A stretch of DNA of 64,000 nt from Selaginella moellendorffii (GCF_000143415.4 NW_003314275.1:186001-250000); one strand, 5' to 3'; counted from the stretch's first letter, positions 1-12,744 are shown. The notes: generated by a model from the letters alone, not told the origin. A program made the numbers and translations.

Positions 1-2531
1 GGCTTGCACCTCTGAAAATAGGATTCTCCACCAAACACCAACCCCCTCTTCCAGAAGGCAATATGCTGTCTAATCCCGGCCACTATACTTTCCTGGTCTT
101 TGAGTCCATCCGGGTGCATCGGCCGTGGGGAACCCTAAGGAATCATAGGTTCCCCAGTTATGGGATCTCTCTTGAAGAGTTCAATGCCGTCCACTGGCAG
201 CCACACTGTGTCCCATTCTCTCATCTTGTACCTCATCACTGGAGCATCGTCACGCATGCTGAAATGAAACTGAAGAGGCTTGGAGTGGCCAATTAGCGTT
301 TCGGATCCGTCCCTGATGTAGCCTCTTACAAACCCCTTAAAGTCTGGAACCTCTGTCAGAAGTGCAGCTTCAACAGTGCCTTTGATGCAATTTTGGAATT
401 CATCGTAGAGTTGTGGGAGGGTGAGGACATTGGATCGCCGGAGGGACTCTGCCAGGTGACTGAACATGGCATCGACGTCTTCATGAGTGTGCCCAACCAT
501 GAGAAAGCCAAGTGTAACCGTTTCAAATATGCCTTTGGCAACAAGCATCGCCAAGTACGCGAAGACGTACATGTTTTTGTTCTCACTGCCAGCATTGTCT
601 GTTTGGAGCAGAAGATGGGGTGGAAGGCCACATCGGCCGCAAGAACTTCCTTGAGATTCTGCTTCGTTTGGATGAGGCTGTGCATTCACCGGGCGACCAG
701 CCTCGTCGGAATGGCATGAGGCCTCACGTGATAACCCTACAATCTGACGGCCAACATATTCACTGGGATGGCATGGGGCCCCACGCGATACTGGAAGCCT
801 TTGCTCCTCCTCCAGCTGAACCCTGTATGGGGTTCGATCGACAAGGGCCTTATGCAAGGGTTGGCCGTTCAGCTCAGTCTGCGCACTTTGCAGAGACCTT
901 AAGTGTTTTGCTAGGGACGCAATCATCATGTTTGCACCCCCGCCACCCCATAGAGGTACAAAGAAGTTCCCATAGTTCTGGGCACCATGCCCATGAGCGA
1001 TTATGCCAAACAGAGACACAGGCAGCTGCATGGATGAAGAGATTGCCTTGGGGGCAGGATTGAGTCGAGGTAAGCACGTCTTTTTCTGGTCCATTTTGTC
1101 GTGGATGATGCAGAGGTAAGAGTCAGGTCTCTCCATGGAGAGAATCCTGTTATGATAATATGCAGTCCTGCAGCTTCTCTGCTCGATGTTGTGGTCGAGC
1201 CGCCTTCTAACCAACGTCTCTCGCTCTTGAGCGCTGCAAGAATTCTTCGACAAAGCCATTTTGATAGCAGTGCACTCGTCACACTTTGAAAAGCTGGAGT
1301 ACTTTCCTATACTCACATCCTTGAACCTGTTGCTCCACAATCTACTAAATCTAGATTGGCTCAGCTTCCTGTAGCCATTACTCTGGAGTTCCCGATTCAC
1401 ATCTTCCAATATGGCCCCCTTGGTATACATGGAAGGGAGAACTCGTTGGGTGTCTCGTGTTCCATCTTCCAAGAGGCGGGTTTTATGTGGTTGCTGCTCG
1501 CTACATGTCTCGACAAACCTCTTGAAGATTGCCTCTCCATATACAACATGACCCCTGGTTTTGTGCGTACCGTCGTTCCCATGGACTGCCTGTTGAACCC
1601 TTTGTTCCTCGAACTCAATTTTGATTCTGTAGAATGTGGTTCGAGGGACTCCATAAATGATTCTCCATGCCTTCATGCAGACCAAACCCCTCTGGAAGAC
1701 CATGCCCCCCACCTGATGTTCTGAAGCATCAACAGATGACCGTAATGCCTCATACACAAAATTGCAAGCTGCCTTCCAGGACAATGTCTTGTATCTTGCT
1801 CTCTCCTCTTCAATAGCATCCCAATTAGCATGTTGACAGCACCTCCTCTTGCAACAAGCAACTGTCGAGACCATTCGAACCTCCATCGCCATTTTCTGCC
1901 TTTTCGGTTCGTTGCTCAGATCCCTTTGGCTGCGCTTTAGGAAGGTGTACTTTCTTTTCCCATGAAGAGATGTTCTGTCATCAGTTGTACTGGTGTTTGA
2001 TTGTGAATCCTTCACATTCTCAAACACTAAGTGCCTCAATTTCCACCGCACAATGCTTCCAATAGTCAGACTGTTTTCTTCTGTGTCAACAACCTCTAAA
2101 ATCGCAACTCCAATATCATCCCAGCCCAATTCTTGATTAGCAACCGCATCTCTTGGATCGACAACTGTGGCTAAGCCCTCAGCTACCACCTCCCCCTCGG
2201 GGTTGTTTAGAAACACTTTTGCCTGAATCCATGTAGCACGGTTCTTAAGATCCACGGAGGGAACATGCGTCGCACTTGCGCTGTCCCCAACATCTGCTTT
2301 CTTCTGAAGATTTTTCAAGGCAACAACAACATTTACCCCGACGACCATCTCTCCTCGTTCAATAGCGACCACATTCCCATCCAAGACAGTCTCTACTGAT
2401 ACAGCAGCATTGCCTTCCCCAAGCCTTTGACAGTGTATAACAAAGTTCCGATCCATAGACACAAGGGTCCCTTTTGCAACTCTCTTCCCACCATTCAAAA
2501 TGTAAACCTTTTCCCCAACCCTGAAGGCCAT
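1..2531 (-). pseudogene. Sola-like DDD transposase, copy A; premature TAG at 135-137, C-terminus continues beyond the window start
   Basis: 798-aa ORF with FSKCDEC (CxxC), IIHDKMDQKKTCLP (D1), LQTDNAGSENKN (D2) and GHTHEDVDAMFS (D3). Copy B has CAG at the stop position. Read-through gives ...IRQHIAFWKRGLVFGGESYF, matching ORF 29578-30156 of copy B. Confidence 0.75.
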
Positions 2532-2719
2532 TCTGAAAGTGCAGAAAAGAAGTTAAGACCATACAAAAAATGATTGGAGAATGGCCTAAATCATAACATA
2601 CCAAACAACCTCAATAGCATGAGGCCACATGCCATTATTCAAACATGCTATTGACACCCACGTGAAATTTCGCATTCACAAAATTGGCATGAGCCCTCAT
2701 GCCATTAGTGGTACCACTA

Positions 2720-2911
2720 ATGGCATGAGGCCTCACGCTATCTTTGGCCCCTGCTAGCCTGTTGCTATATTCCTTTTGCCTTGCTGCAACTATATATATT
2801 TTTGTGTGCGTGACTAGTCACCCATACAAAAATATATACAATTGCAGCAAGGCAAAAGGAATATGGCAATAGGCTAGCAGGGGTCAAAGTTGGCATGAGG
2901 CCTCATGCCAT
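2720..2911. repeat. ~190-bp near-perfect hairpin bounded by two 22-bp palindromes
   Basis: Arms ctttggcccctgctagcctgttgctatattccttttgccttgctgcaac... and ...ttgcagcaaggcaaaaggaatatggcaataggctagcaggggtcaaag, centred on tgactagtca (2811-2820). Confidence 0.9.
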
Positions 2912-4068
2912 CTTGATATACACACAGCTGCAGGCAAGTAAAAACATACATGACAATACGCTAGCCATGAAATTGCAAGGGCCCAAGATGGCATGTGGCC
3001 TCATGCCATTTCTAAATGTGGTCCTAAGCCATTCCATGGTGAACATACCAGGAAGCACAAGTGCCGAATATCAAGAGGAAGCGGTAGCCACACCAAAGAC
3101 AGTGCCGCTCGCAACACCGCAACTACTCATAGCGCCGCTCGCAACACCGCAACTGCTCGTAGCGCCGCTCGCACAAACTGCCACTCGCATAAACTGCCGC
3201 TCGCAATGGCGCTCGCAATGCCGCAACCGCTCGTAGACGCATAAACCACAGCCCACAACGCCGCTTACACAAGCAGCGCTCACTGCGCTCAGCGGAACCA
3301 AGAACACGGCGCACAAAAATGATAGACCTAGGAATGAGTTCGAGAATTCAAAAATAACACACGCTTGAACGTCACATCAAATCCTCTGACAAACCAGATC
3401 TTATGATTCCTCTGACAAATTTCAAACTGAGTAGCTTCTAGACTTTGCTGTCGAAGGTTGAACTTTGTCACATCATGTCTTTGCCTCGATCCAGCTGTGC
3501 CATGTCAGTGATTCGAACTTTGCCATGCCATGTCAGCGATCCGTGCCAAGATTATTCGCCGTGTAAAGGAATAATTACGCTGTGTGTGTACGTCCATTTA
3601 TGGCAATATAAGGCCACACGCCATTCAAAGAATAATGCTCGACATAAGGCCACACGCCATTCAAAGAATAATGCTAGTCGAGCATTTTTTGGTGCATTTT
3701 TGGGTTCAAAATTGCATGAGCCCACACGCTATAAAGTTTACCTGTACCAAAAATAGAAATAGCTTTATTTACTTGGGAATTTAAGTGGTTGAGGCATTTT
3801 TAAACTTACAAACACATGCCCTACTTACATTCCTTTGGTTGCCTAAAATTCAAAAATATTATAAACCTTTCTTTTTGCATTTTCAATGTTTTCAATTATG
3901 GTTTTTGATTTTCGTAGGACCAGCCTAGTAATCTATTTGCATCCCGTCATGTTTATAGCTAGCTTTCGTTCGTCCCCTTCGCTAACCTGAGATACATCTG
4001 CTCGGCATCTGCCTCTTACAGCATTTGCCCAGAAAGGGCATCTTTCTTCACGCAGCATTTGCCACATG

Positions 4069-4087
4069 TTTAGGGTTTAGGGTTTAG
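4069..4087 (+). repeat. Short plant telomere-type repeat (TTTAGGG)2TTTAG, telo-box-like, in the divergent intergenic region
   Basis: Read directly. Copy B has one more unit at 33682-33707. Confidence 0.8.
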
Positions 4088-5682
4088 CAATTCAGTAGCT
4101 TGATAAACATGCAAATACAGAACTTGATGCAAAATCCTTTGATATGTCACAATGCCCCTAGGACCATAAACACATTTCAATAGAGAGGGTCCTTTCATTT
4201 CATAACTCCTTACGTAGATCTTGGTGAAACCAGAGTTAGTGAAGTTAGTTTCTTGTGATCCCGCATCTGATTGTGATGTCCCTTTGCAGTTTCGATGGAA
4301 AGGTCAATGCACACCAAACTGTGAAATCTTGGAGCAAAATAACGGTCGGATCTATGGCAAATGCCCCTGAAACATTGTAAGGCTCGTGTGGTCTCATGTG
4401 GTGTCCGATTGAGATGCTTCTTTGTAGGGTCATCAAGAAAGACATTGTATACCATTCTGTAAAATCTAGTTGCGATCTAACGGTTGGATCTCCAGAAAAC
4501 TCAAAAAAATCTCGCGCGTGTCAGAATATCCTAGGAATATACTCCTATGTGCCCCTGAAAATGGCATGCGGCCCCACGCCATTCAAGAGATAATGCCAGA
4601 TGACGCCGAGAATTTTTTGGTGCATTTTTTGGGTTCAAAATTGCATGAGCCCACACGCTATAAAGTTTATCTTTGCCAAATAGAGAAAAGTTTATCTGTG
4701 TCATGTGAGGTAGTTACAGTCCTTTGTGCTCGGCATCTGCCTCTTGCAGCATTTGCACTGAAAGGGAATTTTTCTCCATTCAGCATTTGGCCCTGAAAAT
4801 GGCATGCGCCCACACGCCATTCAAGGAATAACGCCACAGGACGCCTGGATTTTTGGGTTTAAAATGTTTAGGGTTTTTTGGGTTTTTTCAAAATATTTTG
4901 GGTCCAACGTTTTTTGGGTTTCTTTGGTTCAAAATTGCATGAGCACACGCTATAATATTGATTTGAGAGAAAAATAGAAACAGATAGAATTTCTTTATTT
5001 AGCTGAACATCTGCCATTTTTGGAAATACAAGATGCTTTGGAATATCCAATCATGCATGGTATAAATATAGCGAGGGTATTAAATGATATCCCAATCATG
5101 ATCTTTCTTTTGGATTTCGCGTGCATGCAGTCCGAGGAATGATGACGTTGCGGATTTCTTTTGGATTTTGTGTGCTTGCATGCGCGCGGCAATCCAGAAA
5201 TTAATGGTGGCGCCCAAGTCCGAGGAATGATGACGTGGCGGGATTACCAACCGTTGTGACATTTCGCGCGTGTGAGGTTAGGTTTTGCATTTTGCTTTGT
5301 ACTCGCGCTCGCACACTCGCGCTCGCGCTCGCATCACACTCGCGCTCCCGCTCGCATCGCGCTCCCACTCGCGATCACGCTCACTTCTCTACAGGTTTCT
5401 CGTGTGCATCGGCGTCCACTCGCGCTTGCATCACACTCGCGCTCGCATCGCGCTCGTGTGCATCGGCGTCCACTTCAAGACACACCCAGTTTGTAACTTC
5501 GCCGCCAACTCCGCCGCCCACTCCACCACCCACACGCAGCCCACTTGGCGTCCCGGGAGATTTCAGCACCACTCTCCAACTGTAAGTGGCAGAGTAGCCT
5601 TGCTGCTACGATCCGCTGCACACACAGTGCACATTCGCCAGCGAGTCCGGCCTCGATTGTCACGGCCTCCATTCGGCTTCAA

Positions 5683-8600
5683 ATGGTAAGTCTTTTAGAC
5701 CAAGTAGAAAATGGCATGAGGCCACATGCCATTCAGTAGCAACATTGGCATGCACCGATTGGGCTCTCGAGTGCAGTCCGGTTACAGATGGCGTGTAGCC
5801 TCACGCCATCTTAGGATGCAGCCTCAAGACATCTGATGCAGTGGTGAATGGCGTGTGGCCTCACGTTATTTCCAGCTGCTAGCTTTTCATCTATCAGCTC
5901 TAATTGTTGTGCATTTTTGAACAGGCGAGGAATTGCGTTCTTCTTCCAGCCACTGTCAATGTGGATGCAGAGAAGGGGGAGGAGCTCACCAGTTGGACTT
6001 TCGGGATGGAAGGCGAGGATCTGATGCTGTACAACACAGATGGTGGGAGAAAAGAATGCATGGGGATCCTCATCCAAGTGACAGACACTCCATGCAGTTC
6101 CATGCAAGAATATGGACTGGCACTTGTGGTAGAGACAGCGTCCGCCTTCAAGATCCACCTTGCACATCCTAGCGGCTTCCCGGAGGGGGGCAGCGGCTAT
6201 GAGGAATTCCTAGAGGGAGCTAGGGAGAGGTTGTCCAGGAGGCCCACAATTTCAAATACGCTGCGGGTCTATGAAGATCACATGGAATCCACGGACCTCA
6301 CCTACGGTGATGTTCAAAAACTATATTCCAACATTGAGCCGTTGAGAGTGCCTCCAGTTTGCGAAGCGAAGGGGAAGGGGGTCGATCTGGAAACTACCCC
6401 GAAGCAGAAAAGGGTGGTCAAGCTCAAGCCGACGTCCGACTCTGCTGCTCCAAAAAAGAAGCTACTCGGTGATGCCATTGCCTCGGGTTCGAACACTACA
6501 CCCACCAAAAAGAAGAGCCGCAAAGAGCAGAAAGAGCAAGAAGAGGCAGCAAAAATCGTCGCAGATAATAGTACTTGTTACTATTCCAACAAAGTATATA
6601 CAATCGACGTGAGCCGTATCAAGATCCAAAGCAAATACAACCACAGGCTAGTATCTGATGAGTGGGTGGAGAAACTGAAGCAGAAGATGCTGGCAAGTCC
6701 AGTAACACCCGACATCGCAGACGTGATCCCCTACTACCGAACAATGAAGGGCGAGACGAGGTTTCCAGACTTGATCAATAGGAAGGTGTTGGACGATCAG
6801 AACATCCGGTTCTATGCCGTCTCCGGGCAGCATTCTAGCTTGGCGATGCAACAGATAGTTGTGGATATTATGGTGGGCGAGGAGGTGAAGAAAGTCTTCA
6901 AGACAAGAGTTGTCCGCCTGATAAAAGGCAACTCGCCCCTCCGATCTATCATATACATCTCCCACGCGCAGAATGTCAAGCAAGAAACGTGCTACAAATC
7001 GGGTCTGCACGAGACATTGGCACGAACACGGAAGCTCTGGGTTCAACTGAAGAAGCCACAAAAACCAGGACAAGGACGTGCACTAGCAACTAGCGCCTGG
7101 CAGGTAAGCCTCGTTGCATGTGGCATAGCATGTGGCCTCATGCCATTTCCATTGCAGGAATTCTCGAGTCTTCTCTCGAAAACACTGGGGGTCAATGACA
7201 CACTCAGCATCCATAACATTCTACTCACGACAAAAGTTGTTTTTGACAAATGGGTAGATGTGCTAAGGAGGTACCATGACGGGGAGTTGCTAAACTCAAT
7301 GGGTGTGGAGGACGGCCGGAAGCCCAATGATTTGAAGCTCAACGCCTTGCGTTTCTCGCGGTCTCTAGACGACGACGACCTTCTGACAGTGGCTAATGCT
7401 CTTCTACGTGGTGAGGTAGTCTTCAACAAGACCAAAATGACTCCCGGCCATATTGTGACATACGAGGACTTGTGCACGACTCTGAGAGCTCGTGCGCTAT
7501 TGAAGGATTGGATCTTCGAGCAAGTGGCCGTGGCGAGGGTGAGCATCGACACCACGCAAGAGATGATGGAAGAGCTGGACTTGTCAAATGAAGACATCGA
7601 CGAGTACGTGAAGGGGGCCCCCAAGTTCATCGATCTGCTGCGGGATGCCACGAAAAGTAAAGCTGAGAAGTTGGATCAGTATCCAAATTTCATTAAGAGG
7701 GATGTCGACCGCCGGCTTCAGAAACAGCTCGACCCCGCAGCAGAGGCCTATCGAGAACCTTACCGGGTATACGTGAATTCGGATGAGGATCAAAGGTGGA
7801 GGAGCATCGTTTCCCGCGGAGATGAGCAGGTCAAGAACATCTTTTGTGTGATGGACTTCACAAACAAGGAGATCACTCATGCAGACGAAGTCAGCTCCAT
7901 CATTGACTTAATGGTGGGACTTGCGGAGGTGGAATCTTCAGTCCACTATATGATCTACGACTCCGAATCCTATCACAAGTTCTGGAAGGCCTTGAACGAG
8001 GTGAAGGCTCGGTTGAAAGGCAAGGAGATGCGGGAGATCCATGGGATAATGGCTAAGAAGAAGATACCGACGAATGTCCGCATCTTCACAGTCGCCCTTA
8101 TTATTGGTCCTGCAGCAGAGTGGGACTGGAGTGACTTCCCAGCTTCGTTCAACAAAGCCGATCGAATTGATCTGAGGGAGGTCAATTTACCCGTGCCTGA
8201 GGAACTGAAGACGGCTATGGAGCTTTTGAATCCAGAGAAAGCTCCACGTGCAGCATGGGAAATGCTCAGCTGGGTCTTCAATGCAATAGCGGGTGACTCC
8301 AAGGGCAAATGCGTTGTCGAGTACAACTGCGGCGGACTATTCTTTCGAGCCGCACTACTCAAGGGTGTCCCGTGTGTTGCGGTGACAAACTCCATTGAAG
8401 AGGTGACTTCAATGGAGCATATAATTACAGTTGCCAAAGAAAAACAGTATCTTCTCTACGAACCTGGTGAGTACGCACTTTAAGTTTAAATGTTATCTCA
8501 CAAGCTCTGTATGCAGGAGCGTGGCCACCCCCAGATGCTGAAACGGCGTTAACAGCTACTGTTGGGCCGAGCTCACAACCTGCACAAGGTAAGGTCACGT

Positions 8601-11285
8601 GAGGCCTCACGCCATTTTGATTATAGATCATTGTGAATATTTAGACACGAGGACTGAAAAGCGCACTGGTGGCGCGTCGAAGAAGGACAAACAGACAAGC
8701 AATAGGAAAAAAGGAGGTACAAATTATATTTGCAATGGCGTGTGGTCTCATGCCATTCCTTGCAGGAGACACTTCTTCAAAGGCAAAACAGGCAAGCACC
8801 AGCCAAGCTCAAACTGACAGTGGTCATAAAAAGCGAAAGCACGTTGGACAGTCGTCGGGATCAGAGGCGTTTGATTCGAAAAGGAAGAAGGGCAACGAAA
8901 AGATGATAGGTAATGCCTCGCGGTTATGGCGTGTGTGCTCATGCCATTCATTGCAGATCAAGGGCTGAGTGAAAGGAGCCAGTCACCACCTTCTGACTCA
9001 GATTCCTATGGCGGACTCCCCTTCCCCAATCTCAATGGAGAGGTACAATGGATGAGGGATGCTTTTCAAGTCAGGGCCACGTTTTTCTCATCTCGTCGTC
9101 TTCGAAGGGTGCAAGAACGTGCAGAAACCATGTTAAGACAGTCGGGTGAGGATACGGTCCTAGGTCACGCACTAAAACAGGCTATGGATGTCTTGTATTT
9201 TGAGATGGAGACTCGGCCAGATGATTTTTCCAAGATGGTCCTGGAAAAACAAGCAATCCAGCCTGAGCAGCCTATGGAAGAAATGCAAGAGGGGGATGAG
9301 GAGCCAGAGAAAGATAATGAGCAGGAAGAGCAGAAGGACGAAGAGGAGGACAAAGAAGAGGAGGACGAAGAAGAGGAGGACGAAGAAGAGGAGGACGAAG
9401 AGGACTTGGATGGTCCTCACAATGGTGACGATCACAATAACGACGATGACGATGATGACGATGATGGCCAGCCTGAGGTGGCCAAAGAGCAGCGGAGGAA
9501 GGTCATACAAGACAAACCATCAGATAAATAATAGTACATCCATTCCTAACCTTTTACCATTTCTAACATTGTCCATGTAGGTCGCAGAAGAAATGGTAAG
9601 TAGAGATTATTCAGTTGAATTAAGATACAAACTCTAGCCTTTAGTGTCGAGGAAGGATAGTGCCAAGCAAGGGTCGAAACGTATGTCCAATCCTTCAGAA
9701 TCAGCAGTGCGCCCAAGTGATATCGGTCCTAGTTCCTCAATAGCAGTTGATGGTAAATACAGTATAGTCGATTCAATGTGCTAATGAGTTTGTTTTTAGT
9801 AGCACGGGAGGATACCATCTCAATCGAAGGGAGATATTTGGACATGCATATGGATCCGCCAGTGGACTCTACTTGCCTGCAAGAGTCATCAGAGCTGGTG
9901 GAGGCTACTATCCATATCAACGCCAAGCAAGCTGACCACGCTCCACTTGATGCTGCCCATACCACTGAGTCAATCTTGTCCACGTATCCAACTGACGGTG
10001 ACCAGGCGCCATTGGACCCACATGAGGCCGCCCCAGCCGCCGAGCCGGTCGTATCCTCATTTCCAACGTGTGCCCAATCGTCTGACTACGCGCCGTTGGA
10101 ACCTCCCTACACCGCCCCTGCTGCCTGTTCGGTCATGTCCACTTTGCCAACGGAGGCACCAGCTGAAATGGCGTGTGATCACACGCCATCGGAACCACCC
10201 CATGCCACTGTTGAGCCAGTTGTACCAGAGTCTACAGCTGAAATGGCATGTGCCCACACGCCATCGGATGCGATTGACCCCACATTGCAGAGGAGAGTAT
10301 TTCCGCCCTTCACGTTTCCTCGACCAAAACCCTCTGAACGACCATCGGGAGCACCATTCGCTAATATTGTAGATGGTAAAATTGACTTGTACCATTTTTT
10401 ATGCTAACGCATTTCATTTCAGAGTCACGGCGAAAGTACTGTATCGTTTTTGATCTGAACGGTGTCCTTTTCTCCCATGAGCGTGGCTCGTCCTCGAATG
10501 TCACTGCACCCTCCAAAGCCTGCGGTCGCAAGTTGGTCAAAAGAGACAGATTCACATTAATCACACGGGAGAAACTGCGGGATCTAATAATGACCATGCG
10601 ACACTTAAAACAGAGGGCCGGGTTCAATTTGCAATTGGGAGTTTGGACATCCATGATGCGCCACAATGCATTAACGTTGCTACAGATGATGCACGATCAG
10701 ACGCGAGTAATATTACCATTTGACTTTCTCCTAACGCAGGAGGATTGCTTGACTATGGTCCATGTGAGGGGTAGCAAGCCCATCTTCGTCAAGGCAGAGG
10801 CTGTAGTGATGAACCGGACTGCTAGGTCAAGTGAAATCCTCATCATCGATGACTCGCCGACTAAAACTGCAGCGAACACGCACACATATGCAGTGCACCC
10901 CATCTCTTGCAGTATGGAAACTAGGGAGAAGAAACCGTATGTTCTGGGGGACCTTGCAAAACGGCTTGAAGCGATAGTGATAGAGAACCGGCCAGTCCAG
11001 GAGGTGGCTGCAGAAATCAACCAAATGGCAGATGGAACGGTATATCAAAAGCCATTTGATCGGACAAACACCAGTCATCATTTATGGCATGTATATTGTC
11101 TAGCCAAGCACTATCCGCATCTCCATAATCTGCTCAACCGGATGGGTTCTTCGACCACTGAACATGAGCGTGGACGTATTAGAGAAGAGATGGCATTACT
11201 ATTGGGTTTAAATCCTGATAGTGTGGAGAGTGATGAAATTCCAAGATTATTGTATAGGCGTTGGAGGCAAAAAATAACAGTCTGA
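5683..11285 (+). CDS. Predicted 11-exon, ~1,635-aa protein: ParB/Srx-like domain, degenerate beta-class amino-MTase fold, charged linker, FCP1/NIF-like HAD domain (copy A)
   Basis: Exons 5683-5685, 5925-7103, 7158-8466, 8517-8588, 8645-8716, 8766-8909, 8957-9523, 9581-9595, 9645-9752, 9800-10375 and 10423-11285 splice in frame (4908 nt). The donor at 9524 is AT here but GT in copy B (38357). Motifs: FYAVSGQHSSLA (ParB GxHR-like), KCVVEYNCGGLFFRAALLKGVPCVAV (SAM motif I-like), IVFDLNGVL...LGVWTS...ILIIDDSP (HAD). Confidence 0.7.
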
Positions 11286-11692
11286 GATGGCATGTATTTA
11301 TTTAAAAATGTAACTTATTATGGCATGGGGTTCCATGCCATTGTATTAATATTAAAAGACAATTCTTTGAGAGGATTTGCATTATACTAGAAGTGTTACA
11401 GCATGTTATTGGAAGTCTACGAAGTTGTTTTATTAATAAGGGGAAAGTAAAGGTTGAATGGGAACTTGGGCTCCACCTAGACTCGGAGCAACTGAGCCAA
11501 TATTAAAAGGATGGAAAGAAATTGGACGACGATGACAAGGAGAAGAGAGAGGTGAAGCAGTGAGAAGTGATTGAGTAGACATTTCCTTGTTTAAAATAAA
11601 ATGGCATGTGCCTCAATGCAGTTGAATTTTGTTATATTTATATACTATATAAAGGTTTGGAAACCTTATTTTACAAGTGGGATAATGACAAT

Positions 11693-11716
11693 TCCCACTT
11701 TAACGAAATAGAGCTT
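11693..11716. repeat. Right TIR of copy A (TCCCACTTTAACGAAATAGAGCTT)
   Basis: Identical to 40548-40571 and reverse complement of 27947-27970. Confidence 0.95.
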
Positions 11717-11790
11717 AAAAGAAAATGACTTGAAATGAACTTCTACTGCACACGTCATAAGCTTATACATCCAGTTGGGGTCGTTTGGTA
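11717..11790 (-). pseudogene. 74-bp fragment of the MTase exon of a family-2 ParB-MTase gene, flanking copy A
   Basis: Matches 20721-20794 with one mismatch, then joins LTR sequence through a GGTA microhomology. Confidence 0.85.
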
Positions 11791-12744
11791 TCCAAGTAGG
11801 TAGTGCCACCCACATTTGGACTGGGAGCATCGGCCAGTCGATCTCCCGGGGGAACTAGAGCCGGCTCTTGAATACTTCACCAAGCTACCCCGCTTGTCGG
11901 TCCGTATTCACTCTAGTCTTGGACTTCCCAGTGGTCAGCTCATCACCCAACACTGAGTATGGCCTTCCTGGGCCCAACTGGCCTTTCCTGGGCCAAACTA
12001 GCCTTCCCTGGCCAAACTGGCTCCATTGGGCTCCAACCCCCACACTCTCCCTACTATACTTTTGGAACCCTCCGCAGCCCCCCCCCTTGGGGGATGATCA
12101 CTTTGGGCTTTCACCCAACTGCCTGTATTAGTATTTGGACTCGGACACGATCTCGGTCCCGGTTTCGGACTCGGACTCGGTCTCGGTCTCGGTCTCGGTC
12201 TTGGTCTCGGTCTCGGTCCCGGTTCCATCTCGGACTCCATCTTGGACTCCATCTCAGGTCCATCTCGGACTCCATCTCGGGTCCATCTCAGGTCCATCTC
12301 GGACTCCATCTCGGGTCCATCTCGGGTCCACCTCGGGTCCACCTCGGGTCCATCTCAGGTCCATCTCGGACTCCATCTCGGACTCCATCTCGGGTCCATC
12401 TTGGGTTCATCTCGAACTCCATCTCGGACTCCATCTCGGGTCCATCTCGGACTTCACTTCGGACTCCACTTCGGACTCCACTTTGGACCCCAACTCAGGT
12501 CCATCTCGGACACTTCCACGTGTCATGTGTTGGTCCTTTTTGGGTCCTTTTTTGGAGCCTTGCTTATTGCTCGCTTCGTGCTCGTTCCTTGAGCACTTCG
12601 TTGGGAGTTCCACTCCCACTCTCGACCTTTTCAAGTCAGAGCTTTTAGTCCAAACGTGTTATGCTCGTTTGGCTTTCGCTTCGGCCACTACCACGTGGCG
12701 CCCTTTTGGCTCCACTTTGGGGCCTAGGGATTTTGTGTCTCACA
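11787..12744 (-). repeat. Truncated 3' LTR with (GACTCG)n/(GTCTCG)n and CCATCTCGGACT/GGT tandem arrays
   Basis: Homologous to 18209-19440 and ends in the same gtgtctcaca terminus. Confidence 0.85.

Larger units (their letters stand above)
711..11341. repeat. Dispersed 22-bp palindrome family ATGGCRTGWGGCCWCAYGCCAT in copy A
   Basis: Copies start at about 711, 768, 2614, 2684, 2720, 2890, 2988, 3711, 4561, 4640, 4799, 5711, 5788, 5848, 7125, 8594, 8735, 8926, 10168, 10243 and 11320, plus half-sites. Confidence 0.95.
1..11716. mobile_element. Copy A of a ~12.6-kb TIR DNA transposon (Sola-like DDD transposase plus ParB-MTase-HAD cargo gene); left end outside the window
   Basis: Colinear and near-identical to 30116-40571. 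Similarity stops exactly at the right TIR (...AAATAGAGCTT, 11716). Confidence 0.9.

Noticed and set aside
7043-8437. Antisense ORFs of 150-200 aa over the ParB-MTase gene, and similar shadows over the transposase and pol
   Set aside because: Opposite-strand shadows of real coding sequence with no recognisable motifs.
5904-8483. Bacterial or phage contamination explaining the ParB and MTase domains
   Set aside because: The genes contain spliceosomal introns and are embedded among plant retroelements.
1-11716. Duplication with 30116-40571 as an assembly artefact or segmental duplication
   Set aside because: The copies differ by many substitutions and indels, and similarity ends exactly at the TIR with different flanks, indicating independent insertions.
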